Source: Callorhinchus milii (lineage: Eukaryota). From it: 64,000 bases of DNA. Below, in pieces: positions 37,886 to 51,761 of this stretch. The translations under genes and the position numbers were made by a program. The DNA is taken from NCBI RefSeq assembly GCF_018977255.1, contig NW_024704742.1, positions 61,134,001 through 61,198,000 of the forward strand, in the 5' to 3' direction. How positions within the stretch are numbered: position 1 is the stretch's first letter; every line of letters starts with the position of its first letter. The notes under the pieces are model-generated. The model saw nothing but the letters and a program-made list of their open reading frames with translations, was not told where the DNA came from and searched no databases.

Positions 37886-39729
37886 TATATGTTTTATATA
37901 ACTACAAACTGGGAGCCACAGACCCGAGCTCAGAGAAAACAGCCTTGAGATTTTAGCTACTTTGCACAGACTAGTGAATTCTGCACCTAAAATAGACAGT
38001 GGTGGCAAATTTACAGAGAATTTAGATTTTTTAAATAGATTTATCTAAATAGATTTTTTCAGTGAACAGTTTTAAAAATTGTAAGAGATGAGAGCATTGC
38101 AGTTTTTTAAATGCACGAGGACTGCACTGGTGTCTTCAAGTCATGGACATTCCTCCATTTCTCAATGTGGCTAGTAGGTTGCCTGTTCTGTCACAACTGG
38201 AGCATGCCGGCCACCAATGTTCTCCTTGTTGCAGTATTAAATTCTATCTTCTCTTCATCTCTTCCAAACCACCTTGCCACAAATGTGAAAATGGGTAAAC
38301 CACCATCACTCACTTGGAAGCCACTTAAATGCAGTTTCCTTTGCTCCCTGGGCAGGTTTGCAGTTTTTGCTTAGGCCACTGTGGGACATTGGGAAGTCTC
38401 CATATAGGATGTTCTACTCAGTCCGATGTCTCTGCTTCTAAAAAAAAAACTGATATCTATAATTTCATATAATTATATTTAAAATTTGACTTGTACTGCC
38501 TTCCAGTTCACCTCATCCCAAAAATTGCTCAGTTTGTCAATCTTCTGCAATCTAATGCACTTCAGGTGCATTTATACTATGGTAACAATCCTGCCTTTGG
38601 GAATTGCACTGAAAATAATAATTTTTACAGGTTTTACAAACAGGAGAGAATTTAGAATATTTTGGTTAAATGAGCATCTTGATTTTTGGAGGGGTTCAGG
38701 TGGAAGTTTTTTTAATTGGTCTCATGTTTAATAATTGTTCCTGTGTCTTAATCTTGGAAAAGCATCATATTTGCTATTGTCCCAGTAGATTGGTTGACAG
38801 ACAGTTAATTGGTTCTCTGCAGAAAGCCCTCTTAACATGCTTAGTTCACAGTTAAGCTGATGCTATATTTGCTACAACGTGATGGTAATGGCACTGATTT
38901 CATAAACTTTTTATGACGCCCTTTATTCATTTAAGCATAGTGACGTGATGATACTAGCACCTCAGTAATTGCATCATTAATTGGATCTATTTCTAAACCT
39001 GATAAATAATGAAGATCTCTGCCTCTGGTAAGAGTGGCCTTTTTGGAGTGCAACACATTAAAATGCAGACTAAGAATTTCATTGTGCATAAACTGAAGTA
39101 GATTCTTCTTTATCTGCGACAAAATCTGCAAATTCTGGGTTTACACTCTGGAATATTCCTCATTTTCTTTTTAAGATTTGAGTGGTGCATGCAGTTGATG
39201 TGATGAATTAACTATTTGAAATGCGTGCATATTAGAAAGCATTGATTTTTAAAGAGATGGATTTTCAAAAGTGCATTTTTCCCTTAGAACTTCATTCATT
39301 AAAAAGTGTATTTTTTTTTCTCTCTCGTTTGCTTTTTGCCTAAGGAAAAAATATAATTGTTGCCTCCTTTCAGCTTTAGTTGTGGTTCCCGGAGCTTCGT
39401 CTTGGTGAAGTGTCATGTTTGCTATTGTCCCAATAAATCTGTTGACGGACAGTAATTGGGTCACTGCAGAAAGCCCTCGATCTACGCTCAGAACCAGCAG
39501 CACCAGTTGGCATAGCAACCCCACTGGTCGATTAAACATGCACGAGGATGAATTGTGAGCTTGTGTTTTTTTAGATGTTGGTGGCTGGAGGGTGCGAGAC
39601 TGAATGATGGAACTAATATACAATTCTGTGGAAGATGGTCTTATCATTTACTGTTTTCTTAATCTTTTTTTCATTTATTCCTCTTTTCTATCTTTCAGTG
39701 AGCTTGTTTTTAATTCTAATTTTTTAATA

Positions 39730-39938
39730 TAATAATTATTGCATCTGATATAGCGCCTTTCACTTTGGGAGGAAATCTCAAAACACTTCACAGGATTTAC
39801 TGTAATGTGTATGACTATTTCCTAGGTGAATGCGGCTGCCAATTTGCACAACAACAACTTGCATTGATATAGTGAGCTTCATGTGGGGTAGCATCCCGGA
39901 GCACACAGCAATATCTCACAAACCGGCGTGAGTGAATA
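39730..39938 (-). mobile_element. SINE 3' half with a nested L2 tail (39848-39902)
   Basis: SINE ...GCCAATTTGCAC is interrupted by AACAACAACTTGCATTGATATAG... and resumes GCACACAGCAATATCTCACAAAC. Confidence 0.7.
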
Positions 39939-42900
39939 ATTATTTTATGTAATAATAGTATAATATTACATAATAATTATGTAATATTTCTGAATGCTAG
40001 CCTTCTTAAACAGCAATATATGTTAAAGAGAGTGTGTTTGAAAAGATGAGAAATGGAGATTATTGAGAAATGGCCCTGAATATGTTGAACACATTTTACA
40101 TTTTATCCAATACAACATTATATACTGCCCGGAACATTTGTTGGGTCTCACTGAATGTAAGATTTGTTTTGGTCAGCAGTTGAAACCCATCATCATAGAT
40201 AATGTATATGTATGTCATCCATGCATGGAATTTTCCCTTTATCTGGAAAGGAGTACACACTCTCCCCAAAGAGACACACCTTGCTTACCTAATTCCAAAA
40301 AGTATAGGTTGGTAGGTTGGTGAGAAGCAAGCCTTGGCCCCCTAGAATGTGTTTAACCAGCTAAACTCACTAAGCTTTACAGTATATCCTATGAACAACT
40401 TTGTGATGTCTCGATGACATGACGTGCTATACTAATACACAAATTATTATGAATAAAATTGTTTAGCTTGTCGTTGTGAATAGTCTAGAAGCTTCCTGTT
40501 GCTTACCCAGGTTGGACAATTCTAACAATTAGAAGTTAAGTGAAGAATCCTTGTCCCCATTGGCCAACCTGCCCCTTCAACTCTCGCTGTCAATCCCGGC
40601 TGGCTTGTCGTCAACAAGCCTTGGAGCTTTGGGGACTTGTTTGGCTTAGGAATTGGATGACCAAAACCACTACAGATATTCAGCTTGATTTCAATATTCC
40701 TTCACCTAGTTCATTGCCTTGGAGCTAGCTGAACCCCAAGAAGAACCCCAGTTACCACCTTCTCTCCCACCTCTTTACCCCAGGAGGATAGGTAAGAGTG
40801 GATTTTGTCCCAACCCTGTGCATTCGTCAGTACATTTAATATTGCATACTTTCAAAGAGGGGAAGAAGGTGAAAAAGCCTCTCTGGACAACATTTAAATG
40901 ATGGGAGAAAATGTTTATAATCTATGATTTTCAGGGGATACATCTGGACTGCTCCCTAAAAAGATCACTTTGTTTTTTTTTTAAAAAATGTTTTAAATTA
41001 TGCTTTGCACAAATGAGGGTTCATGCAGAATTTTGCTGCAGCTACTGCCGAGTGGTAGAACTGAGAATTAGATTGTGGTGGTGCAGTGGATTAGAGCTGC
41101 AAGATAGAGCACCACAACATTCATATTCTGTATTGAATGCTACTGCTTTGCTATGGGACAGCATTGCACGCTAAGTATTTCTCTGGGAAGAGAACAATGA
41201 TTTGAGTGTGTGTGGTGTGTGTGTGGGGCGCGGGGGGATGTTTGTGGTGCATGGAGGAAAGAATGAACGAAGAAACCTGTACATCATCTCAGGCCATTTC
41301 TGTGCACCTCCCAGCACTTTGGGGTGTCCTCCTGATGTGAAAGGCACAATATCAATATAAATTTTTATTGTTTTAGACTGGACACTTGCAGAGTCCTGTT
41401 TGTTGCGTGGTGACCTGAAAGAATGTGGAAAGCGAGACTGAATTCCACAGAGATGTTCACTCAAATGCTTAAAAAATCAAGTTTACCAAGTGCAAGAGGT
41501 TAATTTTTTTTTAGAAAAATTGGTGTGGGGCCAAAAATGTATCATATAGGACAGCAATTTAAGAAATAGCAGCTCAGTGATGCTCTGTTTGTCATTTGTT
41601 TGTCTCTGTACATTTTAGGAGGAATAGAGGGCTAAGGGGAGCAAGGAGTGTCACAGTATTGAGGACGTGGGAAAGAAAGGTGGCAATGGTGTGGCTGAGT
41701 TTTCATTTTAAAATATTGAGAATATCTGAAAGTTGCCATGTCCTTTGGTGTAGGTGGAATCCCTCTTTCAAAGTCTTATTGTATTGAAATACATTTAACT
41801 TGAACTGAGAATAATGAAATTGCAAATGATACACTTTTATACCTATTTCTGTAGCAAAGATATAACCACCTCCTTCTTAGTTTTAAACATAGTATGACAT
41901 ACATACGAGGTTCAGTGGGAATCGCTGCCATTAAACCTGGAAGAAAAGATCAGTAGGATGAATAAAAGAAAGGATATGAGGGTAAGACTGGAAGATCATA
42001 AATATATTGAATAAACCTATTGAATTTATAACATTTAAAATTGCAGTACTTCAGAAACCACAGGATAGACAACTGTGTGACACAAAGAAATATAAATACT
42101 GCAGATAGCTCTCTGGATTTGGATGATACACGGACATAGAAACCACTAAATTTAGTGGTGCGGAATGAGCCATTTGAAGGCTTACACAATGTTTTACATC
42201 AGCAGGTTTCTTTTTGTACGTGTTACCATGTATCACACTTAGAAATTTACAGCTGATAAGGGATACTGCAAAATCCATTTTAATTCCACTCTTTGTACAC
42301 CATATCTCTTGGGTGTTGGTGATTTAACAGAAGATGGCAGTATAATATTTGAATTCAGGGATAGATTATGTACCATTATTATTTTTTATTTCTGAAATCA
42401 AATTGCATTATTAACGACCCCCCTGCCCAAAACCCCCTGCCCATATTTGCTTTAATTTTAAAAAGCAGCAGCCTTCTATATTTAATTAGCTTGTACATAA
42501 AATCAATTCTCTAGAGGTTCAAAAGGTAGACCTCAGTTCCTATTTATCTGGGCTGGGTTTTCATTAGAACTTTCTGTCAAATCCATAGGGGTTGTCTGAG
42601 ACCTACAAATCTCTGATCTTTTATTGAAGTCAGTGGCATTCAAACCATAAACTTGTTTCATCTTTATTAGTGCATGGACAACTTTCATGTCTTTTGTCAT
42701 ACCTTTTGAATGGTTTAACGGAGGGTTCTGTTTTTTTTCTAAATTTTGTGCAGTGTTTGCGAATGTGATGTGTTCCTTTGATGTAAATGCTCAATCGATT
42801 TGCATCACACAGCTAACATTTGCAGGAAGATCATTAGCACATTTCCGATGGGTGCCTCCAAAATTCAGCAGCCATTATGAGGCTGACTAGTGCTATTAAG

Positions 42901-43414
42901 GGAGAATTGGTACTCACAACTGAAGGTACAATTTCCATTCAAATTGGAAAGGTTAGAACAGAGAGTAAGAGGTGAGGAAATTTTTGGCTCTGAATTCGAC
43001 TTGATTGCTGCAAGAATGATTTCCTCATTCCACAACCTCCTATAAATCATGCAATCGCATTCTGTCATCCTGGCATCACTGCAGTCTATCACATTTGGAA
43101 CGCGATGTAATTTCAGGACTGAGAGAAGGAAAGTTTGAGGGATCACTTTTAGTGTGAAACATTCAGTTGCCTGCATAATGTAGAATAGAACAATTTGAGG
43201 AACTTGGCCCAGCATTGAGAAGTCTTCAACTTTAGCAAGTCCTATTTTCCTGCTGTGAAGATTGGTTCAGTTAAAACTTCTTTGCTGATGCACCTTGTTA
43301 AGTTGTATAAGTCACACATATCTGGCTCTGATTTCAGACCAGGGCAGAGATATGCTCACCTCTGTCTTGGCTGTCTTTTCTGGTGTTGATTTTTCCTAGA
43401 TCTGCAATCACACC

Positions 43415-43950
43415 AAAAACAAAATCTTGCATTTATGTAGCACCCTTCAAGGGGGCTAGCATCTCAGAGTTCTCAACGGTGATGAGCTTGAGGGATTGAT
43501 AGATAGAGTCCCAAGTTTCAGGGAGTAGGCTGAAGGCTCATCCGCCGATGGTGGAACTGAGGGGCAAAAGCAGGAGACCAGGCCCAGCTGAGCGGAGGCG
43601 GGGGAGGAGGGGTTGGTGGGGGGAATAAGCATCTCCTGCCTTGAAGGAAATCCCTTTATGCCCGGCACTTCCCTATTTGTCTGATCTGCTTACTCCCCAG
43701 TCCACCACCCACTGCCTCTGCTTGGCTGCCTCTGGCCTCCTGCTTGTTCCGCATCCACTCCATCAGCAGCCATGCTTTCAGCCACTATCCCCTGAAACTT
43801 TGAAACTCTCTCATCAGTCCGTCTGCCTTTGCCACTCCTTCCCCCCCAATCAAATCACACCTGAAGACCATGCTTATGGTCACCTCCTCCTGGCTCAGGG
43901 TAAGGCTCTGCCATTGTTAAGTGCTCCTAGGCACTACCATGTATGAAGCG
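43415..43950. mobile_element. Head-to-head L2 family B 3' fragments (- 43415-43620; + 43640-43950)
   Basis: Reverse tail AAATCTTGCATTTATGTAGCACCC...; ALPYLSDLLTP..THCLCLAASGLLLVP on +. Confidence 0.7.
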
Positions 43951-44986
43951 TACGTGCTGTGGTCACACAAAGGGGTCGAAGCTGCTGATCACAGCTGGCT
44001 TCCGTCGCTAACTGAGAATCCTGCTGCTTACTAATATAATGGTGTGAACTTCATTCCTGTTTTGTGTAAGTGTTACAAAGCTCTGACATTTCATCAATTT
44101 AATGCAGTAATATTTAAGAGCGCTCTCTCTCCCTGTTCGTATTTTCTTCCCCTGCTCCTTGTTTTTTTTTCTCTCTGGCTTTGTGCCATACACTGCAGGC
44201 TTTTTTTGTTGTGTTCACAAATGTCAGCAATATAATCTGGGGATTCCAAAAGCAATGGGCTAAAGTGGAAACAGCTGAAACCAGTGACATGGTAACCCAA
44301 ATATGGTCGGCTGTGTTGATCTTTTTTTAAAAAAATACTTCAATCATTCAGCATGTTATTCAAATTACACCCATGCCATAAATTACATCCTACACAGCGA
44401 GATGTACTAAATCAGCAGTGGTGACAATATGATGGAATCCTTCAATGATTTATGACCATTTGCATGTAAAATACTGTGTTCATGTCTGGTTTGTGTTGTG
44501 TTAGCTAATCAAACAATCTCTCTCGTGAAGTACCAGCAAAAGGTTATGACCTTTTCTTCTATGAAGAAGTAACCATTGCAGAACTGTGACCTCTCACTCT
44601 GGTTAGATAAGTGGAAACGTTAACCATGTTGGTGGCAGTCATATGTGAAGGTTGACAGGTTGACATAGGAGCTGTGTATTGGCTCGGAGTGGATGGGCAG
44701 AAGGGAGTCTGCTGTACAATGAGGAAGTGGAGTCAATTTCAATTGAGTGGTGGCAGTTTTTTTTGTACTTGTTTAATATTTTGATTGGCAATTAGCTTTT
44801 GACTAAGAGGTTAAAGTCTGAATATTGAGATGCATTAAATGAATATTTTTTAAAATTCATAGTAAGATTAAACGTCATTCAATTTATAGCTCTTTTGTGA
44901 GACATTGCTGTGTGCCAATTGACTGCCATGTTTGCCCACAAAACACATAGTCATTACATTTAAGTGTATATCCTATGAAGGGCTTC

Positions 44987-45224
44987 GGGTGACCATATTT
45001 TGCAAACCAAATCCAGGAACATGTGTAAAAAAAATTGAACTCATCACAATTCCTGATGTTGGCAGTACTGTTGAAGCTTGTTGGATTAATGGCTGTATTT
45101 CTCTGAGAGTGTATCTGTTTTAGAAACTTATTGGTCTTGCTCAGTATGTTGCTGAACTTAAGACGGGGCTAATTTAACCAGGGACACAATATCCCATACG
45201 GGATTGTCCCCAGAAATCAGGGAT
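44987..45224 (+). mobile_element. Putative non-autonomous DNA transposon (hAT-Blackjack/MER94-like end) inserted in a SINE tail
   Basis: Begins GGGTGACCATATTT...AAATCCAGGAACA, ends with GGGAC/GTCCC-type subterminal motifs. The SINE tail breaks at GAAGGGCTT (44985) and resumes at TAAGATGTC (45226). Confidence 0.4.
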
Positions 45225-45909
45225 TTAAGATGTCATTCTGACATGCAAGGTGCTATACCAAATGTTAGGATTATTTGTTAATCTGATTAATAAAAGCCAC
45301 AAACTGGCTTTATTTCAAAGCATTATTTCAGGTAGGGGCTATATTGATCACAATTTACTTTTGGTAGCAAATCACAATGAAATATTACTTATGAGTCTAT
45401 TGTGCTTGGTGACTATAAACCCCCAAGTGAATATTGAAAGATTCCCATAAGACTTTGCCAGCTGTCAGAAGCTTATTTTTATTAGTGAAAGGATCAAAAA
45501 GCTGTTCTTTCCAACCTTTCAAGGAGTAGGAAACGTCAGAGTCCAATTATTTTACACATTTTGAATAATTAACAAGAAAACTAATTCCCCACAGGTCCAG
45601 CAGAGTGTCTCAGCACTGTGGCCAAATGTGTCTCGTCTAATTGATGATCTGCTGGCTTTCAGGTGATCATCTCAACGAAGACATTTTCTCTGTGTGGCTT
45701 TGATTGTGAAACGAGTGCCAATCTCTCAATAACTTCTTTGACATTTAACAAATGGAGTTTTAATAGTCACAATGTTGCATTTGAAACAGTGCAGGTTTGT
45801 TTCTAAGTTGCCGTAATGCATCTTAATTACCACACTGTCGCTGAAGTATATGTATAGTGAAATGTTGACATCTAGTATAGGCTGCAATGAAGTGTTGGGG
45901 AAACTTGTG

Positions 45910-46145
45910 GGTGAGACTTTAAACCAAGGTCCTGTCTATTTGTTCAGGTGGATGTTAAAGATCCCATGGCACTATTTGAAAGGAAAGGGAGTTTTTCTCA
46001 GTGCCACAGCTACAGTCCTCCAGATAAAATCAATCATTTATTTCCCAGATGTTTGTGGGGCATTGCCTATTAACACAGGCACCACTTTACAGTAAATTTT
46101 GTGAAGCACTGACATGTTTGAACAACATAAGGTACTATATCAAAT
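45910..46145 (+). mobile_element. Deu-domain SINE, 3' part
   Basis: TAAACCAAGGTCCTGTCTATTTGTTCAGGTGGATGTTAAAGATCCCATGGCACTATTTGAA. Confidence 0.8.
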
Positions 46146-48761
46146 ATACGAATTTAAAAAAATTAACATCAACAAATCCTGATATTCAATAATTGTGCTA
46201 AACAGGGGGAGAGTCCCAGAGAAACTGCCTCTTTGCCTCATGAAACAATGGAAGATTTGTTTTAATACGTATATAGGGTTATATTTCACTTATTTCTAAA
46301 AGAAAAATAGGGTTCCGATAGTAAAAGTTTTATGAAACTGATGAAATCTTAAAAATAGGCAGGACTATTTTTGTTTTCTGGCGAAGGGGGTCTTTTAAGC
46401 TGTGGAGACTCAAATGATCAATGATCTAGCTTTTATCCTGATGCAACTTGGTCATTAAAAGTTCCAGCAAAGACACAATGGGCCTTCTAAAGAACATAAG
46501 AATATAAGAAATAGGAGCAGGAGTAGGCCATTTGGCCCCTTGAGCCTGGCCCGCCATTTAGTAAGATCATGGCTGATCTTCTAACCTAATTCCATTTACC
46601 TGCCCTATCTCCATATCTCTTAAACACTTCAGTTTTTAAAAATCTATCGATCTCAGTCTTGAATATGTTCAATGACTGAGCATCCACAGCCTTCTGGGAT
46701 AGAGAATTCCATAAATTCACTACCCTCTGAGTAAAGAAATGTTTTCTCAGCTTAGTTCTAAAGGGCTGAACTTTAATCTTAGTTTTAGATTCTCCAACCA
46801 GTGGAAACAGTCTCACACTATCTACCCTGTCAAGACTCTTAAGAATCTTATAGGTTTCTTTAAGATCACCTCTAATTCTTCTATATCCTAGAGAATATAG
46901 GCCTAGTTTATTTAACCTCTCCTCGTAGGTCAACCTCCTCATCCCGAGAACCAACCTAGTGAATCTACATTGCACCCCCTCTAAAGCGAGTATATCCTTT
47001 CTTAGATAAGGAGACCAAAACTGCATACAATATTCCGGGTCGGTCTCACCAAGACCTTATACAATTGCAGTAAGACTTCCCTATTCTCATACTGTGACCC
47101 CTTTGCAATAAACGCTAACATGCTATTAGCCTTTCTAATTGCTTGCTGTACCTGCATACTAACTTTCTGTGATTGGTGTACAAGGACACCTAAATCCCTC
47201 TGAATACTAACACTAGTATTCAGAATACTAATCTCTCCCCCTTTAGAACATAATCTGTTTTTTTATTTTTTCTACTTAGGTGAATAATTTCACACTTCCC
47301 CACATTATACTCCATCTGCCACCTTCTTGGCCACTCACTTAACCTGTCTATATCCCTTTGCATCCTCCTTGTGTCCTCCTCACAACTTACTTTCCCGCCT
47401 AGTTTTGTGTCGTCTGAGAATTTAGATACATTGAGCTCTATTTCCTCATCTAAGTCATTGATGTAGAATGTAAACAGTTGAGTCCCAAGCACTGATCCCT
47501 GCGGCCCTCCACTAGTCATAACGTGCCAATCTGAGAAGGACCCGTTTATCCCTACTCTCTGTTTTCTGCCTGTTAACCATTCTTTGATCCATGCTAATAT
47601 AGTACTCTTAATTCCATCTTAGGTAACAACCTTTTATGTGGCACCTTGTTGAAAGCCTTCCAGAAATCTAAGTACACTATAGCCACTGGTTCTCCCCTAT
47701 CTAACCTGCTAGTTACATCATCAAAAAACTCTAAAAGATTTGTTAAACACAATTTCCATTTCATAAAACCATGTTGACTCTGCCTAATCATATTATGACT
47801 TTCTAACAACAACGACTTGGATTTATATAGCACCCTCCATGCCGGACGGCGTCTCAGAGCTCTTCACAGTAACGGATCCCGGGGCCGAGCCAGAGGGAGG
47901 GGGAGGAAGGCGACCAAAGGCGCGGTCGAAAATAAAGATCTTCAGCAGGGACCTGAAAATAGGAAGAGAGGGGATGAGAAGGAGGGAGTGAGGAAGGGAA
48001 TTCCAGAGCCTTGGGGTGGAGTAGCTGAAGGCACGGCCGCCGAGGGTGGAGCGGAGGACTCAGGAGACAAGGAGGAGGCCAGATCCGGAGGAACGAAGGC
48101 AACAGTACTGTTTTGAGGAGAGAAGAGGTCAGAGAGGTGGGGGGGTGCAGAGGAGTGGAGGGATTTCAATACAAGGATGAGGATCTTGAAGCCGATCCTC
48201 TCTGGGATAGCAGCCAGTGCAGTCTGGCAAGGAGTGGTGTGATCAGGGAGCGGAGTTTGGTGCGGGTGACAATGCGGGTGGCAGAGTTTTGAATGATTTG
48301 GATTTTATGGATGGTAGTGGATGGGAGATCAGCAAGGAGGGCATTAGAATAGTCCAGCCGAGAGGTCACAAAGGAATGGACCAGGGTTTCAGCGGCTTTT
48401 GGAGAGAGGTATTGGCGGAGACGGGCGATTCGTCGGAGAGAAGAAGGCAGTGCTGGTGAGGGACCGATGCGGGGAGGAAGGATAATTGGGGTTCGAACCT
48501 GACACCTAGGTTGAGTATGGGTTGGGAGAGTTTTAAGGGGAGGTCTGGTAGGTGGAGGAGGTGAGAGCCGTGAGATTTTAGAATTTCACGAGAGCCAAAG
48601 ATTAAGGCATCTGTCTTGTCACCGTTCAGCTAAAGGAAATTTGCGCTCATCCAGCCCCTGAGATCTGACAGGCAGGCTGACAGAACATCAGGGGACTGGG
48701 GATCGCAAAGAGAGGTGGAAAAATAGTGGAAATGTACCCCATGTCTGCAGATGACATCCCT

Positions 48762-49347
48762 AACAACAACAAAAAACAACAAGATTCCATTTATAGAACG
48801 CCTTTCACGTCGGGAGGACGTCCCAAGGCGCTGGATAGTTGGGTCAGGATCCAAGCAGGGGGGAAATGGTCAGGGTGAGGGGAGGGAAAGGAGGGAGCGA
48901 GGAGGGGGTAGAGAGTCGAGAGGGGAGCTGAAGGCACGGTCAAAGAGAAAGGTCTTGAGACTGGCCTTGAAGGAGGAAAGGGAGGAGGCAAGACAAAGGC
49001 ACTGGGGGATGGAGTTCCAGAGCCAAGGGGCTGAGAGGCTGAAGGCCCGGCCACCGATGCTAGGGCGATTGGGGCGGAGGACGTGGAGCAGACCGGAGCC
49101 GGAGGAACGGAGGGTACGGGCAGGTAGGTAGGGGGATAGTAGGTCAGAGAGGTAGGAGGGAGCAAGGCCGTGAATGGCCTTGTATGTGAGGATGAGGATC
49201 TTGAATTCGATCCTCTGGGGGATGGGGAGCCAGTGGAGGCGAGCGAGGGTGGGAGTGATGTGGTCGCGAAGCCTGGTTTGGGACAGTACACGAGCTGCAG
49301 AGTTCTGAATGACCTGCAGCTTGTGGACGGAGGTGCAGGGAAGGCCC
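48762..49347 (-). mobile_element. 5'-truncated L2 family A nested inside the full-length L2
   Basis: Has its own hairpin and (TTG)n tail. Removing it rejoins host YILPLG|DVICRHG. Candidate TSD TCCCTAA (48757-48763) / TCCCCAA (49348-49354). Confidence 0.88.
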
Positions 49348-51587
49348 TCCCCAAGAGGGAGTATGTAGGTCAGAAAGAGGAGGGGACCAAGGATGGATCC
49401 TTGGGTACCCAGCAGGTAACTGGGTGAGAGCGGGAGGTGAAGCCGTTTGTGCAGATGTACTGCTGGCGGTTTGTGAGGTAGGACTTGAACCAGGCGAGTG
49501 CGGTCCCACTGAAGTAGATGACGGAGGAAAGGCGGTGGAGGAGGATGGCGTGATCGACTGTGTCGAATGTGACGGAGAGCTCCAGGAAGACAAGGAGTCA
49601 GAGGGAACCCTGGTCACAGATGGAGAGGATGTCATTTGTGACTTTCACCAGCACAGTCTCTGTACTGTGGGCGGAAACCGGACTGGAGGGGTTTGAAGAG
49701 GGAGTGGGAGGAGAGGTGTGCGCGACGTTGATTGGCAACAATGCATTCTTGGACTTTTGCGAGGAAGGGCAGGTTAGAAATGGGGTGGTAGTGGCTGGGG
49801 TTTGAGGGAACTAGGGAAGGTTTTTTGAGGAGGGGGGTGATGACAGCAGTTTTGAGGGGGGCAGGGACTGATCCAGAGGAGAGGGACTGGTTGATGATAT
49901 CATCCAGTAATGGGCAGAGGAGGGGGAACTGGGTGACCAGCAAGTTGGTGGGGAGGGGATCGAGGCAGCAGGTGGTGGGTTTCATGGAGGTGATGGTGGA
50001 TGAGAGGGAGGAGGGAGAGATGGGGAGGAAGAAATGTAGGATGGGGGTGGTGGTAGGAGCAGATGATGGGGAGGGTGAGGGGGACAGAGATGGCATGGTG
50101 GTGGGTGACAAGGCACAGGCAGATGAGGCTGCCTGGCGGATGTTGTGAATATTAGATGAAAAGAAGTCCATGACCTCCACGCACTTGGCATTTGATATGA
50201 AGATTGAGGAGGCCTGAGGGGCTGCATGGAGGAGGTAGTGGGTGGTGGAAAAAGGATTTTAGGGTCGTGTTTAGCCTCCAAGATGATGTTGCAGTAGAAG
50301 CCGTTTATGCATGTGTCAAAAACAGCAGTAGCTGTGGAGATGCTCGAGGGGCAGTTGGCAGTGGACTGTTAGGCCAGTTTTCCACCATCTGCACTCAACT
50401 AGCCGGGTTTGGGTTTTTAGGCAGTGGAAATGGTTTTTGTACCAGGGGTTGAGGGCTTGGTGGAGGAGAGAGGGATGTAAGAGGAGAAGGAGATGAGGAA
50501 GTGGTCCGAGACGGCCTTGTCCACTATGTTGAGGTCGGAAATGTCAAGGCCGTGGGTGATAACGAGGTCAAGGGCGTGACCACGTTGTGGGTGGGTGAAT
50601 TTATATGAAAGGTGAGGTTTAGGGAGGAGAGGAGGGCAGTGAAGTCAGCAGAAGTAGTGCAAGGGGAGCTTAGGTGGAGGTTGAAGTCACCCATTATGAG
50701 CAGGCGCTCGGAGGAGAGGGATAAGGAAGAGAGGAGAGTAGAGCTGTCTGTGTGGAAAGAGCTGGGGGGCTTAGGTGGTCAGTAGACAAAGAGGATTTTC
50801 AAGGGGAGAGAGGGGTGGAGAAGGGTGAGGTGCTCGAAGGAGGGGAAGCAGCCAGAGGAGTAGGGGGTAAGACCAAGGGAGGCTATGGAAATGAAGGCCA
50901 CCCTGCCGCCACGTTGGTTTGGACGGGGCGTGTGGTGGAAGGTTTAGTCTGGAGGGGAGGCTTCCACTAGGGGGATGGTATCATTGGGGGAGAGCCAGGT
51001 TTCGGTGAATCCAAGAATGTCAAGGTGCTCATCCAGGATGAGGCCTTTATTTGAGAGAATGGAGGGAAATGTGGGTGGGTTTGCTGGAGGGAGGAGAGAG
51101 TGATGCGGAGAGGATTTTCGGGTGTACAGGAGAGATGGTTGTGGCAGGTGGTGTGAGTGGAGAGTTGGGATGGTATGTATGAGGGAATGCGGAGTTGGGT
51201 TTGCCTTAAGGAGGCGGTTTGAGCGGAAGGAGTGAATGATTGGACACGTGGGGTTGCTGCTCTGGGACAGTCAGTGCCGGGAGCCACGATGGACCCGGCG
51301 GAGATTGCCCAGGCTGGAGCAGAGGGAAGTGGTGACGGGGTCGAGGAGAGAGAGAAGGCGAGCAGGGCGGTGTGAGAGAAGGACAGAGGGGGAGTAGCGG
51401 ATAGAAGGGGATGGGAGGAGAGACATTTATAGTGGAGCGGGAGGCTGGGGTTGGGGCGGCAACCGAAACGCACACGCAGAGACCGGGACGGCATCAGCGC
51501 CCAGGCTCAGCCTCCCAGGTCATGGCTGGGATGGCAGTGCCAGCGGCTGTCAGGCCGTTGTTGTTGTTTTTGCTGTTTATTTTTCCT

Positions 51588-51761
51588 GTGACGTCACGCC
51601 AACGTCACTTTGTGAATCGCGCCCCCCCCACCCCGTCACTTACCCCCCACCCCCCACCCCCCTCGCTCTCCTGCCTCCTCTCCCATCTGAGTGGCTCCTC
51701 GCCTTACTGTGCTTTATACACGCAGCTGGGCCTCGGCTCCGCCCCGCGCTCTCCTGCCTCC
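51588..51761 (-). promoter_or_regulatory. Candidate internal Pol II promoter of the L2 5' end
   Basis: On -: GC box GGGGCGGAG (51737-51745), TATAAAG (51712-51718), palindromic CRE GTGACGTCAC (51588-51597) plus half-site (51602-51607); CpG-rich. Confidence 0.45.

Noticed and set aside
40710..40791. Possible 82-nt cassette/poison exon (CCTTCACCTAG|...ATAG|GTAAGA)
   Set aside because: Splice-like pairs are expected by chance in a 60-kb intron. There is no homology or expression evidence, and inclusion would give an immediate stop.
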